Assembly (NCBI GenBank): GCA_902518835.1
Contig: CABYHH010000001.1
Span: forward strand, 44,052-108,051
DNA from: an uncultured Pelagibacteraceae bacterium
GTDB taxonomy: Bacteria > Pseudomonadota > Alphaproteobacteria > Pelagibacterales > Pelagibacteraceae
Direction: 5' to 3'
DNA: 64,000 nt
A program made the position numbers and the translations under genes. Below, in pieces: positions 22,210 to 33,492 of this stretch (within the stretch, counting starts at the first letter, position 1; every line of letters begins with the position of its first letter). The notes beneath the pieces are model-generated. The model saw nothing but the letters and a program-made list of their open reading frames with translations, searched no databases and was not told the DNA's origin.

Positions 22210-22788
22210 ATGGATATTTTTTTTATTGCTGTAACTTGTTATTTGATCGGATCAATACCGTTTGGATTTATACTAACTAAAATATTTTTAAAAAGGGATG
22301 TCAGAGAAATCGGTTCCGGTAACATTGGGGCGACTAATGTTTTAAGAACTGGAAATAAAACAGTTGGCTATTTGACATTAATTTTAGATATTCTAAAGGC
22401 GGTGATACCAATCATATACATTAAGTTTTTTTTCCAAGATTTTATATATATTTCTGCTTTATGTGTTTTCTTAGGTCATGTGTTTCCTCTTTGGTTAAAG
22501 TTCAAAGGAGGAAAAGGTGTTGCTACTTTCGTTGGAATCTTATTTGCTATAGATATTTATCTTGGAGTAGTCTTTACCATTTTATGGTTTATAACATTTT
22601 TTATTTCTAAATACTCTTCTCTTTCATCTTTAGTAGGTGCAGCCTCTATACCAATTTATTTACTAATTCTAAATCAATTTGATCAGGTAATTTTTTTTAT
22701 AATAATGTTTGTCTTAATATTTTTTACCCATAGAGAAAATATTAAAAGGTTGAAAAATAAAGAGGAAAATAAGACTAACATTTATTAA
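22210..22788 (+). CDS. plsY: glycerol-3-phosphate acyltransferase PlsY
   Basis: GSGNIGATNVLR, GHVFP..FKGGKGVAT, HRENIKRL. Confidence 0.96.
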   Translation: MDIFFIAVTCYLIGSIPFGFILTKIFLKRDVREIGSGNIGATNVLRTGNKTVGYLTLILDILKAVIPIIYIKFFFQDFIYISALCVFLGHVFPLWLKFKGGKGVATFVGILFAIDIYLGVVFTILWFITFFISKYSSLSSLVGAASIPIYLLILNQFDQVIFFIIMFVLIFFTHRENIKRLKNKEENKTNIY

Positions 22789-22789
22789 T

Positions 22790-22817
22790 TTGACTATCTA
22801 GGTCTTTTGAGTAGTTT
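22790..22817 (+). promoter_or_regulatory. putative sigma70 promoter for topA
   Basis: TTGACT-16 nt-TAGTTT, ending 7 nt before the topA ATG. Confidence 0.4.
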
Positions 22818-22824
22818 GTAGATT

Positions 22825-25404
22825 ATGAATTTGGTCATTGTTGAAAGTCCTGCTAAAGCTAAGACTATTAACAAGTATCTAGGTGATGATTATAAAGTTT
22901 TAGCAAGTTATGGTCATATAAGAGACTTACCTTCTAAAAATGGTTCTGTTGATCCTGATCAAGATTTTAAAATGGAATGGGAAGTTGACAACTTTTCAAA
23001 AAAATATCTTAAAGAAATTACAGATGCTGCTAAAAACTCTACTAAAATAATATTGGCTACTGACCCTGATCGTGAAGGTGAAGCAATAGCTTGGCACGTA
23101 AAAGAGTATTTAAATGAAAAAAAACTTTTGAAAGATAAAGAAATTGAGCGTGTTGTATTTAATGAAATAACAAAAAAAGCTGTAATACATGGAATAGAAA
23201 ACCCTAGACAGATTGAACCACTACTGGTTGACGCGTATATGGCTCGAAGGGCACTAGATTATTTAGTTGGTTTTAATATTTCACCAATACTTTGGACTAA
23301 ACTACCAGGCTCTAAATCTGCAGGAAGAGTCCAATCAGTGGCTTTAAAATTAATTACAGAAAGAGAGCACGAAATAGAGTCTTTTAAACCAGAGGAATTT
23401 TGGACCTTAATTATTAAATTTACCGACAATAAAAATCAAAATATTACTGCCAGTATAAGTCAACTAGATAACAACAAGATTGAAAAATTCTCATTTAAAA
23501 ACAAAGATGAAATAAAGAAAGCTATATCAAGTATTAGTAAAAAAAAATTTAGTATTACTGATATTTCAAGCAAGGTGATAAATCGTAATCCTTCTGGGCC
23601 TTTCACTACATCTACTCTACAACAAACTGCTTCAAGTAGATTAGGTTTTGGTGCATCTAGAACAATGCAAATTGCCCAAAAACTATATCAAGGAATAGAG
23701 ATAGAAGGTGAAACTATTGGATTGATTACTTATATGAGAACTGATGGAACCAACTTATCAAAAGATGCAGTACTGTCTTTCAGAAATTATATCCAAGAAG
23801 AAATTGGTAATGAATATTTACCAAAAGATCCTTTAAACTACTCTGGTAAAAAAGCAAAAAATGCTCAGGAGGCACACGAGGCAATAAGACCTACAGATAT
23901 TATTAGAACTCCTCTAAGTGTTAAAAAATATCTAAGTGCAGATCAAAATAAACTATATGACCTCATTTGGAGCAGGGCTTTGTCTTCTCAAATGCAGTCT
24001 GCAAAGTTTGATAGAAATACTATTACTATAACTTCCGATGCTAATGACTCAGTTTGTAAAGCTAGTGGTTCAGTTCTAAAATTTGATGGTTTTTTAAAGA
24101 TTTATAATAACCAAAATAAGGATGATGATGAAAGTATTTTACCAGCTATGTCTAGAGGACCTATTAATATTGAAGCATTGTTGGATGAACAACATTATAC
24201 ACAACCACCACCAAGATACTCTGAGGCCAGTTTAGTTAAAAAACTTGAAGAATTAGGTATTGGAAGACCATCTACTTATGCAAGCATTATATCTACAATT
24301 GCCAATAGAGGATATGCCGAAATACTCAATAAACGTTTTTTTCCCACAGATAGAGGTAAATTAATTTCAGCTTTTTTAGAAAAATTATTTTCAAAATATG
24401 TAGATTATAATTTTACAGCTGGACTGGAAGATCAATTGGATGAGATAACCACTGGAAAAGAAAGTTGGATAAAAGTATTAGAACTTTTTTGGAAAGATTT
24501 TAATAACAATGTTTCAGAAGTTAAAGAAAAAAGAACTAGAGAAGTTTTAGATTTACTAAATGAAAGTTTAGGAAGTTTAGTTTTTGATAAAGATAAAGAG
24601 GGAAATATTTTAAGAAAATGTCAATTATGTAATAATGGAACTCTTAGTTTAAAAAATAGTTTTAGAGGTGGTGCTTTCATAGGTTGTTCAAATTATCCAG
24701 AATGTAAATTTACAAGGCCGTTATCTAAGGCGAAAGCAGCTGCACAAGCACAATTAGCAGAACCAAAATTAATTGGAAAACATGAGAACGGTAATGATAT
24801 ATATTTAAAAAATGGGAGATTTGGCCCATATCTTCAGTATGAAAAAATACTTAACGAAATTGAAAATGAAAAAGCGACTAAGAAAAAGAAAAAAAATAAA
24901 AAAAATAAATCAGAAGTTAATGAGCTATTAAAAAATGTTTCAATACCCAAAGGTTTAGAATTGGAAAATATTAATTTAGAAAAAGCTAAATTCCTGTGTT
25001 CATTGCCAAAGTCTTTAGGAATAAATCCTAATAATCAAAAAGAAATTACATTAAATACAGGTAGATTTGGTCCTTATCTAAAATGTGAAAATAAATCTGC
25101 GAGAATTGAAAATATAGAAGAGATTTTTTCAATAGGTTTAAATAGAGCAATAACTCTTATAGCTGAAGCAAAACCAGGCAGAATTTCATCATCTATAATT
25201 AAAGATTTAGGAGAACATCCTGCAGATAAAAAACCTGTAAGAATAATGAAAGGACAATATGGTCCTTACATCAAATACAAATCATTAAATGCTACAATTC
25301 CAGAGGAAAAAGACCCAACAGATTTAAATATGGAAGATGCATTAATATTGATTGAGAAAAGAAAAGAGTACGATAAAAGTAAAAAAAATAAAAAAAGGAG
25401 ATAA
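22825..25404 (+). CDS. topA: DNA topoisomerase I
   Basis: VIVESPAKAKTI, ATDPDREGE, ITYMRTD (catalytic Tyr), one Zn ribbon, C-terminal GRFGPY repeats. Confidence 0.97.
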   Translation: MNLVIVESPAKAKTINKYLGDDYKVLASYGHIRDLPSKNGSVDPDQDFKMEWEVDNFSKKYLKEITDAAKNSTKIILATDPDREGEAIAWHVKEYLNEKKLLKDKEIERVVFNEITKKAVIHGIENPRQIEPLLVDAYMARRALDYLVGFNISPILWTKLPGSKSAGRVQSVALKLITEREHEIESFKPEEFWTLIIKFTDNKNQNITASISQLDNNKIEKFSFKNKDEIKKAISSISKKKFSITDISSKVINRNPSGPFTTSTLQQTASSRLGFGASRTMQIAQKLYQGIEIEGETIGLITYMRTDGTNLSKDAVLSFRNYIQEEIGNEYLPKDPLNYSGKKAKNAQEAHEAIRPTDIIRTPLSVKKYLSADQNKLYDLIWSRALSSQMQSAKFDRNTITITSDANDSVCKASGSVLKFDGFLKIYNNQNKDDDESILPAMSRGPINIEALLDEQHYTQPPPRYSEASLVKKLEELGIGRPSTYASIISTIANRGYAEILNKRFFPTDRGKLISAFLEKLFSKYVDYNFTAGLEDQLDEITTGKESWIKVLELFWKDFNNNVSEVKEKRTREVLDLLNESLGSLVFDKDKEGNILRKCQLCNNGTLSLKNSFRGGAFIGCSNYPECKFTRPLSKAKAAAQAQLAEPKLIGKHENGNDIYLKNGRFGPYLQYEKILNEIENEKATKKKKKNKKNKSEVNELLKNVSIPKGLELENINLEKAKFLCSLPKSLGINPNNQKEITLNTGRFGPYLKCENKSARIENIEEIFSIGLNRAITLIAEAKPGRISSSIIKDLGEHPADKKPVRIMKGQYGPYIKYKSLNATIPEEKDPTDLNMEDALILIEKRKEYDKSKKNKKRR

Positions 25405-25405
25405 A

Positions 25406-25633
25406 ATGATAAGAAAATTTATTATAACTACAATAATATTGCTGTTTTTCAATAGTCCAATATTAGCTGATGTAGTGGATTGTAACAAATTTAATAAATT
25501 ATCTAAAGATTATCTTAAATGTCAAAAAGACAACCTTAAACAAAAAAGTGATGACTCAGGCTTAACTGGTACTGTAGAAAATTTTAAGTCAAGTAAAACA
25601 TTATCTGAATTTTTTAAAAAAAATAAAAAATAA
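25406..25633 (+). CDS. small secreted hypothetical protein (75 aa)
   Basis: GGAG Shine-Dalgarno-like site before ATG 25406; signal peptide MIRKFIITTIILLFFNSPILA; two Cys; fills the gap between topA and ridA. Confidence 0.7.
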   Translation: MIRKFIITTIILLFFNSPILADVVDCNKFNKLSKDYLKCQKDNLKQKSDDSGLTGTVENFKSSKTLSEFFKKNKK

Positions 25634-25635
25634 TA

Positions 25636-26097
25636 ATGAATTTTGAGGAAAAAATTAATGAACTTAAAATTTCACTTCCAGAAGCTAAAGCGCCTGTTGG
25701 TTCTTATATAGCAACGAAAGTCATTGGTAAATTACTTTACATATCTGGACAAATCTCAATTTCATCTTCAGGTGAATTAATCAAAGGTAAGGTTGGTAAA
25801 GATATATCTACTGATGAAGCTTATAACGCGGCAAAGAGATGTGGTTTAAGCATAGTTTCACAAGTTAAAAAAGCATGTAAAGGGGATTTATCTAAAGTCA
25901 AATCATGTATAAAATTAACAGGTTTTGTAAACTCAACTGATGACTTTATTGATCAGCCAAAAGTTATTAATGGTGCATCTGATCTTATAGCCTCTATATT
26001 TGGGGAGGCGGGTATGCATACAAGAGCTGCAATAAGCTCTAATAGTCTACCACTAGGTGTTGCTGTTGAGGTTGATGCAATTTTTGAATTAAAATAA
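25636..26097 (+). CDS. RidA/YjgF family protein
   Basis: ISGQI, VINGASDL, HTRAA, VEVDAIFE. Confidence 0.88.
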   Translation: MNFEEKINELKISLPEAKAPVGSYIATKVIGKLLYISGQISISSSGELIKGKVGKDISTDEAYNAAKRCGLSIVSQVKKACKGDLSKVKSCIKLTGFVNSTDDFIDQPKVINGASDLIASIFGEAGMHTRAAISSNSLPLGVAVEVDAIFELK

Positions 26098-26098
26098 A

Positions 26099-27397
26099 CT
26101 ATCTACCTATACCAAAATATTTGATTTTATTTTGGTTCATTTTAATAGGAGAATATATATTTCTGAGATCATAAATTATAAAATTTTTTTTTTTTACTAG
26201 TCTTTTAAAATTCAAAAATTTAAATTCATTCCACTCTGTGTGAATAATAATCAAATCTGTTTTAAGGCATGCTGAAGATAAATCTTTACAAAATTTGACA
26301 TTAGTAAATTTTTCAAACTCTTTTTTTTTACCTGTTGGATCGTAATATCTAATTTTTGCTCCCTTTTTACTTAATCTCGGTATCATCAATAAACTTGATG
26401 CCTCTCTCATGTCATCTGTATTAGGTTTAAAAGTAACTCCTAAAAAAGTAATATTCTTATTTTTAATCTTATTATTTAAAATTTTATACACTCTATTTGC
26501 TAAAATTTTTTTTCTATTTTCATTCGATTTAATAACTGTTTTTACTATTGAAAGATCTGTTTTAAAAATTTTTGCAACATCAACTAAAGCTTTTGTATCT
26601 TTAGGAAAGCAAGAACCACCATAAGCAGGTCCAGCTCTTAAAAATCTATCTCCAATTCTTTGATCTAAACCCATGCCAAAAGAAATATCTTTTATATCTA
26701 CACCACTTTTTTCGCATAAATTTGCAATTTCATTTATGTAGGAAATCTTTGTTGCTAAAAAAGCATTTGAAGCATATTTAACTAACTCAGCCCCTTTTCT
26801 TGAAGTGTTAAAATATCTACTCTTTTTTTTTATAATGGGTAAATATAAAGACTTCATAATTCTATTTGCTTTTTTGCTATTAGTACCTACTACCACCCTA
26901 TCAGGATATACAAAATCTCTTATAGCCTCCCCTTCTCTTAAAAATTCTGGATTTGATACAACATCAACAATTTTTTTTCTTCCTTTTGAATTTAGAATTT
27001 TTTCAATCTTGTCACCTGTTGAAACGGGGACTGTTGATTTAGTTACAACAATCCTATATTTTTTAATATATTTTCTTAATTTCTTGGCAACTTGAAAAAC
27101 ATACTTTAAGTCTGCTGAATTACTTTTTTTTTTAGTTGGAGTACCAACGCAGATAAAAATAATATCAGCTTTATTAACAGCAAGTTTTAGGTCTGAAGTA
27201 AAGAATAGTCTCTTTTGTTTCACATTTCTCTTTAATATTTCATCAAGACCAGGTTCATGAATTGGTATTTTTCCTTGATTCAACAAATTAATTTTTTTTT
27301 TGTCGTTATCAACACAATGAACAGTATTTCCTAAATCAGAAAAACATACTCCTGATACAAGACCAACGTATCCTGTTCCAATCATACAAAGTCTCAT
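26099..27397 (-). CDS. ugd: UDP-glucose 6-dehydrogenase
   Basis: GTGYVGL, SNPEFLREG, YGGSCFPKD, FKPNTDDMRE. Confidence 0.93.
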   Translation of the reverse strand: MRLCMIGTGYVGLVSGVCFSDLGNTVHCVDNDKKKINLLNQGKIPIHEPGLDEILKRNVKQKRLFFTSDLKLAVNKADIIFICVGTPTKKKSNSADLKYVFQVAKKLRKYIKKYRIVVTKSTVPVSTGDKIEKILNSKGRKKIVDVVSNPEFLREGEAIRDFVYPDRVVVGTNSKKANRIMKSLYLPIIKKKSRYFNTSRKGAELVKYASNAFLATKISYINEIANLCEKSGVDIKDISFGMGLDQRIGDRFLRAGPAYGGSCFPKDTKALVDVAKIFKTDLSIVKTVIKSNENRKKILANRVYKILNNKIKNKNITFLGVTFKPNTDDMREASSLLMIPRLSKKGAKIRYYDPTGKKKEFEKFTNVKFCKDLSSACLKTDLIIIHTEWNEFKFLNFKRLVKKKNFIIYDLRNIYSPIKMNQNKIKYFGIGR

Positions 27398-28209
27398 ATT
27401 TTTGAAATCTCTTTTGATGAATTAATATAGCCTTGCATTGTACCACAATCTAAATACTTACCTTTAAAATTATGTCCTATAAATTTATTTCCCTCAATTA
27501 TTAATCCTCTTATTGCATCTGTGATATGTATCTCGCCCCCTTTTCCTTTGGGTTGGTTCTTTAATTTTTTAAAGACTTTTTTTGGCAATATATATCTTCC
27601 AATTACCGCATTGTTAGAGGGAGCACTCTTAATTTCAGGTTTTTCAATAACATCCTTTATATAAAAATTGTGAATGTTAATATGATTTTTTTTTGAAAAT
27701 ATTCCCCATCTATTTACAGTTTTTTTATCTACCTTCATACTTGCCATTACAGAGCATTTTTTTTTTTTATGAATAGAAATCATATCTTTTGAACAATTTT
27801 TTTTAATTATCAAATCATCTGGTAAAAGCATTAAGAAAAAATCACTTTTAATAAATTTTTGAGTTTTTAAAACTGCATCGCCAGTACCTAATGGTTTATT
27901 TTGATAAACAAATTTAACCATTTTTTTATATTTAAGAATTTTTTTATATTCACTTAATATTCTAGGATCCCCCTTTTTTTTTATTATTTTTTTGTAAAAA
28001 TTATCTTTATAGAAATAATCCTTTATCATTTTTTTTTTATTTGAAATTATAAAAATTACTTCTTTAATCCCCGCTTCAATACATTCATCCAATATGTACT
28101 CAATTCCAGGTCTTCCATTCATTGGCAATAGTTCTTTAGGAAAAACACTTGTTAAAGGGAGTAGTCTTGTACCTAGACCAGCTAATGGAATAATTGCTTG
28201 TTTAATCAT
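27394..28209 (-). CDS. galU: UTP--glucose-1-phosphate uridylyltransferase
   Basis: AGLGTRLLP..PKELLP, PLGTGDA, IEKP, GEIHITDA, LDCG. Confidence 0.88.
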   Translation of the reverse strand: MIKQAIIPLAGLGTRLLPLTSVFPKELLPMNGRPGIEYILDECIEAGIKEVIFIISNKKKMIKDYFYKDNFYKKIIKKKGDPRILSEYKKILKYKKMVKFVYQNKPLGTGDAVLKTQKFIKSDFFLMLLPDDLIIKKNCSKDMISIHKKKKCSVMASMKVDKKTVNRWGIFSKKNHINIHNFYIKDVIEKPEIKSAPSNNAVIGRYILPKKVFKKLKNQPKGKGGEIHITDAIRGLIIEGNKFIGHNFKGKYLDCGTMQGYINSSKEISKI

Positions 28210-28243
28210 TTAAATGTTTTACTTATTAAAATGTTTTATACAA

Positions 28244-29056
28244 ATGAAAATTTTATTAAATAAAAATGATTTAAATGAGGCGCTAAATAAAGTCTCAAAT
28301 ATTGGTTTTGTGCCCACCATGGGTAGCCTTCATAAAGGCCACATATCTCTTATAAAAAAATGTTTAAATGAATGTAAATATACTGTTGTAAGTATATTTA
28401 TTAATCCTCAACAATTTAATAATAAAAAAGATTACAAAAAATATCCAAGAAATATTAAAAAGGACTTATCTATATTAAAGAAACTTAAGATTGATTTTGT
28501 TTTTTTACCAGATGAAAAAACCGTTTATTCAGAAAAAAGTAACATTAAAATACAGATTTCCAAAAAAAATAATATTTTATGTGCAAAATTTAGAAAAGGT
28601 CATTTTGTTGGTGTTTTAGAAGTTATGGATCGTTTAACCAAATTAATTAAGCCAAATAAAATTTATATGGGAGAAAAAGATTATCAGCAACTTCACCTAG
28701 TTAAAAACTTTATAGAAAAAAGATATAAAAGTAAGATTATTCAATGCAAAACAATTAGAGATAAATATAAACTAGCATTATCTTCGAGAAACTTTTTATT
28801 GAAGAAAAAATATCTAAAAAAGGCGAGACATTTAACAAATAATATAATTAATTTTAAAAAAAAATTAAAAAGGGAAAAAAATATTAAAAAATTGACTGAA
28901 AAAAAGATGATCGAATTAAGTAAAATATATAGAGTAAAATTTGATTATTTAGAAGTTAGAGATAAAAAGAATTTAAGATTATCAAAAGAAGTTAAAACCT
29001 CTAAATTGTTTTTTGCTTACTCAATTAACAATATTAGATTGATAGATAATTTTTAA
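28244..29056 (+). CDS. panC: pantoate--beta-alanine ligase
   Basis: FVPTMGSLHKGH, SIFINPQQF, GEKDYQQ, LSSRN, RLIDN; ATG at 28244. Confidence 0.93.
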   Translation: MKILLNKNDLNEALNKVSNIGFVPTMGSLHKGHISLIKKCLNECKYTVVSIFINPQQFNNKKDYKKYPRNIKKDLSILKKLKIDFVFLPDEKTVYSEKSNIKIQISKKNNILCAKFRKGHFVGVLEVMDRLTKLIKPNKIYMGEKDYQQLHLVKNFIEKRYKSKIIQCKTIRDKYKLALSSRNFLLKKKYLKKARHLTNNIINFKKKLKREKNIKKLTEKKMIELSKIYRVKFDYLEVRDKKNLRLSKEVKTSKLFFAYSINNIRLIDNF

Positions 29057-29058
29057 TT

Positions 29059-30432
29059 TTACAAAAAATAAGCACCAACACCAAGAAATGATACAAAACC
29101 AATCACGTCCGTTATTGTTGTTACGAAAACACTTGAAGCTATAGCGGGGTCTATATTCATTTTTTTTAATGTTACTGGAACTAGAATTCCAAACAAACCT
29201 GCAACGACCATTGTTAATATCATTGATACTGAAATTATCAGAGAAAGCTGAATGTCTTGAAACCACAGCTGAACAATGATTGAGCTAATAATTGCAAAAA
29301 TAATACCATTTAGAATACCTATATTAAACTCTTTAAAAATGTTTTGATTAAAATTATTTTTAGTAAGATCATTCGTAGCCAATGTTCTCACAGTAACGGC
29401 CAACGTTTGCATTCCTGCATTTCCACCCATGGATGCTACTATCGGCATTAAGAAAGCTAAAACTACCATTTGTTCTATTGTAGCACCAAATAAACTAATA
29501 CAATAAGTTGCTAAAAATGCAGTGAACAGATTTAGTAATAACCAATTAAATCTTCTTTTTGTTTTGGTTATTACACCATCTGTAATCTCTTCGTCACCCA
29601 CTCCTGCTAATCTAAGAGCATCCTCTTCAGCTTCTTCTTTTAATACTGTTAACACGTCATCAGCAGTAATCATTCCAACAAGTTTATTATTTTTATCAAT
29701 GACACAAGCTGAATTTAAATTATAATTTTCAAATAAGTTTCCAACTTCTTCTCTATCCATATCAACAGGAATTAAAAATGTAGAGTCTTCCATTATAGAA
29801 GACATTTTTGCATCTCTAGGATTTCGTAAAACTTTTGATGAAGGAACAATGCCAACAGGTTTGAAATTTTCGTCAACAATATATATTTCAAGAAATTGTT
29901 CAGGTAAATCTTTATTTTCCCTTAAATAATCAATTGTCTGACCGACAGACCAATTACTTGGTATAGCAGTAAATTCTCTCTGCATAATTCTGGCTGCACT
30001 ATCCTCTGGATAACTAAGGCCTTCTAATAATGCAAAGCGATCTTTAGGTGGTAAAGCAGCTAATATTGAGTTCTTGTCTTTCTCATCAACATTTTCAAGA
30101 ATTGCAATAGCATCATCTGACTCAAGATTCTTAAGTATTCTTACAATGGCTTCTGACGAAAGATATTTGATAATCTCAGTCTGAACAGACTCGTTTAGTT
30201 CTACAAAGACCTCAGGATCAATCTTGAAATTATTAAGTTTAATTAAATTTTCTCTATCATTTTGTTCTAGATGTTCGATAATATCCGCAGCATCAGCTGG
30301 ATGCATTTCTTTGAAAGAATTAGTGATAAATAAAGCATCATTATTAGCAATTTTATCAGTTACAACTTTTATATATTCTTTGTTGAATTCAAAATTGACT
30401 TTTTTATCTTTTATTTTTTTTATTAAAGTCAT
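29059..30432 (-). CDS. mgtE: magnesium transporter MgtE
   Basis: N domain, CBS pair, MGGNAGMQT, IDPAIAS..TTITD. Confidence 0.95.
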   Translation of the reverse strand: MTLIKKIKDKKVNFEFNKEYIKVVTDKIANNDALFITNSFKEMHPADAADIIEHLEQNDRENLIKLNNFKIDPEVFVELNESVQTEIIKYLSSEAIVRILKNLESDDAIAILENVDEKDKNSILAALPPKDRFALLEGLSYPEDSAARIMQREFTAIPSNWSVGQTIDYLRENKDLPEQFLEIYIVDENFKPVGIVPSSKVLRNPRDAKMSSIMEDSTFLIPVDMDREEVGNLFENYNLNSACVIDKNNKLVGMITADDVLTVLKEEAEEDALRLAGVGDEEITDGVITKTKRRFNWLLLNLFTAFLATYCISLFGATIEQMVVLAFLMPIVASMGGNAGMQTLAVTVRTLATNDLTKNNFNQNIFKEFNIGILNGIIFAIISSIIVQLWFQDIQLSLIISVSMILTMVVAGLFGILVPVTLKKMNIDPAIASSVFVTTITDVIGFVSFLGVGAYFL

Positions 30433-30498
30433 AAATATACCTATTAATTAGTCGGATCTTTTAATACAAAATAAAAAGATTACAATTTTTAAATTAAA

Positions 30499-31113
30499 AT
30501 GGAGATTAAAAAGTCAAAAAAACCAATAAAATATGATGATGCAATAAGAATTATGGAAAAAAGATTGCATAATATCAATAATGGGGTTGCCGATGAATTA
30601 GTGTGGATTTTAGAGCATGAAGAAATTTACACCGCTGGTAAAAACCACAAAGATAGCGAAATTATCGATAAGTCTATAAAAATAGTTAAAACAAAAAGAG
30701 GTGGGAAAATCACTTATCATGGACCTGGACAATTAATTTGTTATTTTGTTATTGATTTAAAAAAGCGTAAAAAAGATATAAGAAAATTTATATCATTAAT
30801 TGAAAAGTCAATAATAACAACACTAAAATTTTATAAAATTAAAACCTTCGCTGACAGAAATAATGTTGGTATTTGGTACAATGACAAATCAGGTATTAAA
30901 AAGGTTGCAGCTATAGGATTAAGAGTTAGTAAATGGATAGCTTATCACGGTTTCTCAATTAATATCTGTAATGATTTAAGAAAATATGATGCAATAATTC
31001 CATGTGGGATAAATGATAGAGGTGTCACAAATTTAAAAAAAATTAAAAACCAAAATTATAAAGAGATCGAAAAAAAACTAATCGAAATTTTTACTTCAAA
31101 TTTGAAAAATTAA
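30499..31113 (+). CDS. lipB: lipoyl(octanoyl) transferase
   Basis: [30 protein letters not shown]. Confidence 0.95.
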   Translation: MEIKKSKKPIKYDDAIRIMEKRLHNINNGVADELVWILEHEEIYTAGKNHKDSEIIDKSIKIVKTKRGGKITYHGPGQLICYFVIDLKKRKKDIRKFISLIEKSIITTLKFYKIKTFADRNNVGIWYNDKSGIKKVAAIGLRVSKWIAYHGFSINICNDLRKYDAIIPCGINDRGVTNLKKIKNQNYKEIEKKLIEIFTSNLKN

Positions 31114-32008
31114 GTCGTTTTGTTTTTAACAATTTTTTAAAATAATCTGGTATTAAAGCTGTATAAGTATATTTTTGATCTTTTATAATAAATTTTATTT
31201 GATATGAATGAAGCATTAAATTTTTATTTTTACCTTTCATCAATTTTGAAGATATATATTTTTGATCTCCATATATAGAGTGACCGATATTAAATAATTG
31301 TTTTCTTAGTTGGTGTTTTCGACCAGTAATTGGTTTCATCTCAATCAGACTTGAATTAAAGTTTTTATCAAGTACTTTAAAGTATGTTTTAGCATCTTCT
31401 GAAATTTTTTTGCCATTATCATATCTAATAAGTTTATCATTTAATTCACCTGTATTTTTATCTAATTCTCCATGACATATAGCTAAATAGGTTTTATGAA
31501 CTTTTCTTAATCTAAATAATGAAGTTAGAATTTGTGCGGTTTCCCTATTTTTTGCAATAATAAATACACCTGAAGTATCCTTATCCAATCTATGCACTGA
31601 GTAAGGTTTTGAACCTTCAAAAATTTTACTTTTCTTAAATATATCGATTAAATTTTTTTTTGATTTAGTCCCTCCTTGTACAGAAATACCCGCAGCTTTA
31701 TTAACTACAATAAAATCATTATTATTATCAATAATTAAATCTTCATTAGATTTTATTATTTCATTTGTGGGAATGAAATTTTTTTTTTTGTGTTTAATTA
31801 TTTCTTTAAATCTAAAATTAAATATTTCGATTTTATCGTTTGTTCTAATTTTGAAAGAACTTTTTATTTTTTTTTTATTTAGTTTTATTTTTCCAGACCT
31901 TAAACTTTTTTCAATCAAACTCTGTGGAATTTTTCCAATTTTGTTTCTTAGCCATCTATCAATACGCATATTATTAGAAGCTGTATCAACGAGAAAACTT
32001 CCATTCAT
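31091..32008 (-). CDS. RluA/RluC family 23S rRNA pseudouridine synthase
   Basis: N-terminal S4-like [24 protein letters not shown]. Confidence 0.92.
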   Translation of the reverse strand: MNGSFLVDTASNNMRIDRWLRNKIGKIPQSLIEKSLRSGKIKLNKKKIKSSFKIRTNDKIEIFNFRFKEIIKHKKKNFIPTNEIIKSNEDLIIDNNNDFIVVNKAAGISVQGGTKSKKNLIDIFKKSKIFEGSKPYSVHRLDKDTSGVFIIAKNRETAQILTSLFRLRKVHKTYLAICHGELDKNTGELNDKLIRYDNGKKISEDAKTYFKVLDKNFNSSLIEMKPITGRKHQLRKQLFNIGHSIYGDQKYISSKLMKGKNKNLMLHSYQIKFIIKDQKYTYTALIPDYFKKLLKTKRLNFSNLK

Positions 32009-32020
32009 GATTAAAAAAGT

Positions 32021-32464
32021 TTAAGCTGAAGCTAATTTTTTTTCCTCTTTTTTGTCAGTAACATTTGCTTGATCTTTTTTCTTTTTATCAACTTTTCTAG
32101 CTTGGACATCTCTATCAACAAATTCAATAATTGCCATTGGAGCATTATCACCGTATCTAAAGCCAGCCTTAATTATCCTTGTGTAACCACCTGATCTTTT
32201 TTCGTATCTTTTAGATAAAGTTTTTTTAACTTTATTTGCAGATTTTATATCCTGTAATTTAGAAACCAATATTTTAGTATTATGCAAAGTATCTTTTTTT
32301 CCTAATGTAATAATTTTTTCTGCTTGAGGTCTTAAAAATTTTGCTTTTGGTAAAGTTGTCTTGATTTGCTCATATTTGATTAGTGAAATTAACATATTTT
32401 TCAATAATGCTTTTCTATGTTCCGAAGTCCTATTCAACTTCTTATTTGACATATTATGTCTCAT
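32021..32464 (-). CDS. rplQ: 50S ribosomal protein L17
   Basis: MRH...[16 protein letters not shown]. Confidence 0.97.
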   Translation of the reverse strand: MRHNMSNKKLNRTSEHRKALLKNMLISLIKYEQIKTTLPKAKFLRPQAEKIITLGKKDTLHNTKILVSKLQDIKSANKVKKTLSKRYEKRSGGYTRIIKAGFRYGDNAPMAIIEFVDRDVQARKVDKKKKDQANVTDKKEEKKLASA

Positions 32465-33492
32465 TAAATAGCTTCCTCTAATTTTTTAGACATTTCTGCA
32501 ATATTATCTGGTGGCCAATTTGGTATTTCCATTCCCAAATATAAAGACATTCCAGTTAAAACCTCTTTTATTTCATTTAAAGATTTTCTTCCAAAATTTG
32601 GTGTTCTTAACATTTCACCTTCAGATTTTTGAACAAGATCACCTATATAAATTATATTATCATTTTTTAAACAATTCATGGATCTCACAGATAGTTCTAG
32701 TTCATCTACTTTTCTTAATAAATTTTTATTAAACTCAGGTTCTGTTGATACTTCTTTAATAGGTGCCTCTACTGGTTCGTCAAAATTAATAAACATTTTT
32801 AGTTGATCTTGAAATATTCTCGCGGAGTAAGCAACGGCGTCCTCAGCTGAAATCGATCCATTAGTTTCAACCTCCATTGTTAATTTATCGTAATCTAATG
32901 CCTTACCCTCTCTTGCTGTGCTTACGGAATATGAAACTTTTTTTACTGGACTATACAGGGAGTCTATTGCTATTAAACCTAAAGGTGGTTCTTCAGGTTT
33001 ATTCAATTCAGCAGGTACATATCCCTTTCCAGTATTAACATTCATTTCAACGTGGAAATTTGTATTTTCATCTAGATTACAAATAACCAAGTCAGGATTT
33101 AAAATTTTTACATCAGCAACTGGTGTGATATCAGATGCCTTAATTTCTCCTGGGCCTTTAGCGTCAAGGACAAGTTTTTTAGTTCCTTCAGAAGCACATT
33201 TTAAAGCTAAAGATTTTATATTAAGAACAATATCAGTTACGTCTTCTCTTACTCCTTTGATAGACGTAAACTCGTGTAAAACTCCATCTATTTGTATAGA
33301 GGTTACCGCAGCTCCTCTTATCGATGACAATAAAATTCTTCTAAGAGAATTACCTAAAGTTAGACCATACCCCTTTTCAAGAGGTTCTGCAATAATAGTG
33401 GCATGTGTTAAATCATTACTAATTTTTACATCTAACTTTGCTGGTTTAATAAGTGATTTCCAATTTTTTATATTTACATTTTCAGTTTCCAT
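32464..33492 (-). CDS. rpoA: RNA polymerase alpha subunit
   Basis: [35 protein letters not shown]. Confidence 0.98.
   Translation of the reverse strand: METENVNIKNWKSLIKPAKLDVKISNDLTHATIIAEPLEKGYGLTLGNSLRRILLSSIRGAAVTSIQIDGVLHEFTSIKGVREDVTDIVLNIKSLALKCASEGTKKLVLDAKGPGEIKASDITPVADVKILNPDLVICNLDENTNFHVEMNVNTGKGYVPAELNKPEEPPLGLIAIDSLYSPVKKVSYSVSTAREGKALDYDKLTMEVETNGSISAEDAVAYSARIFQDQLKMFINFDEPVEAPIKEVSTEPEFNKNLLRKVDELELSVRSMNCLKNDNIIYIGDLVQKSEGEMLRTPNFGRKSLNEIKEVLTGMSLYLGMEIPNWPPDNIAEMSKKLEEAI

Noticed and set aside
26099-28209. galU-ugd as a surface-polysaccharide island
   Set aside because: Only two precursor genes, with no glycosyltransferases or boundary repeats, and housekeeping genes on both sides.
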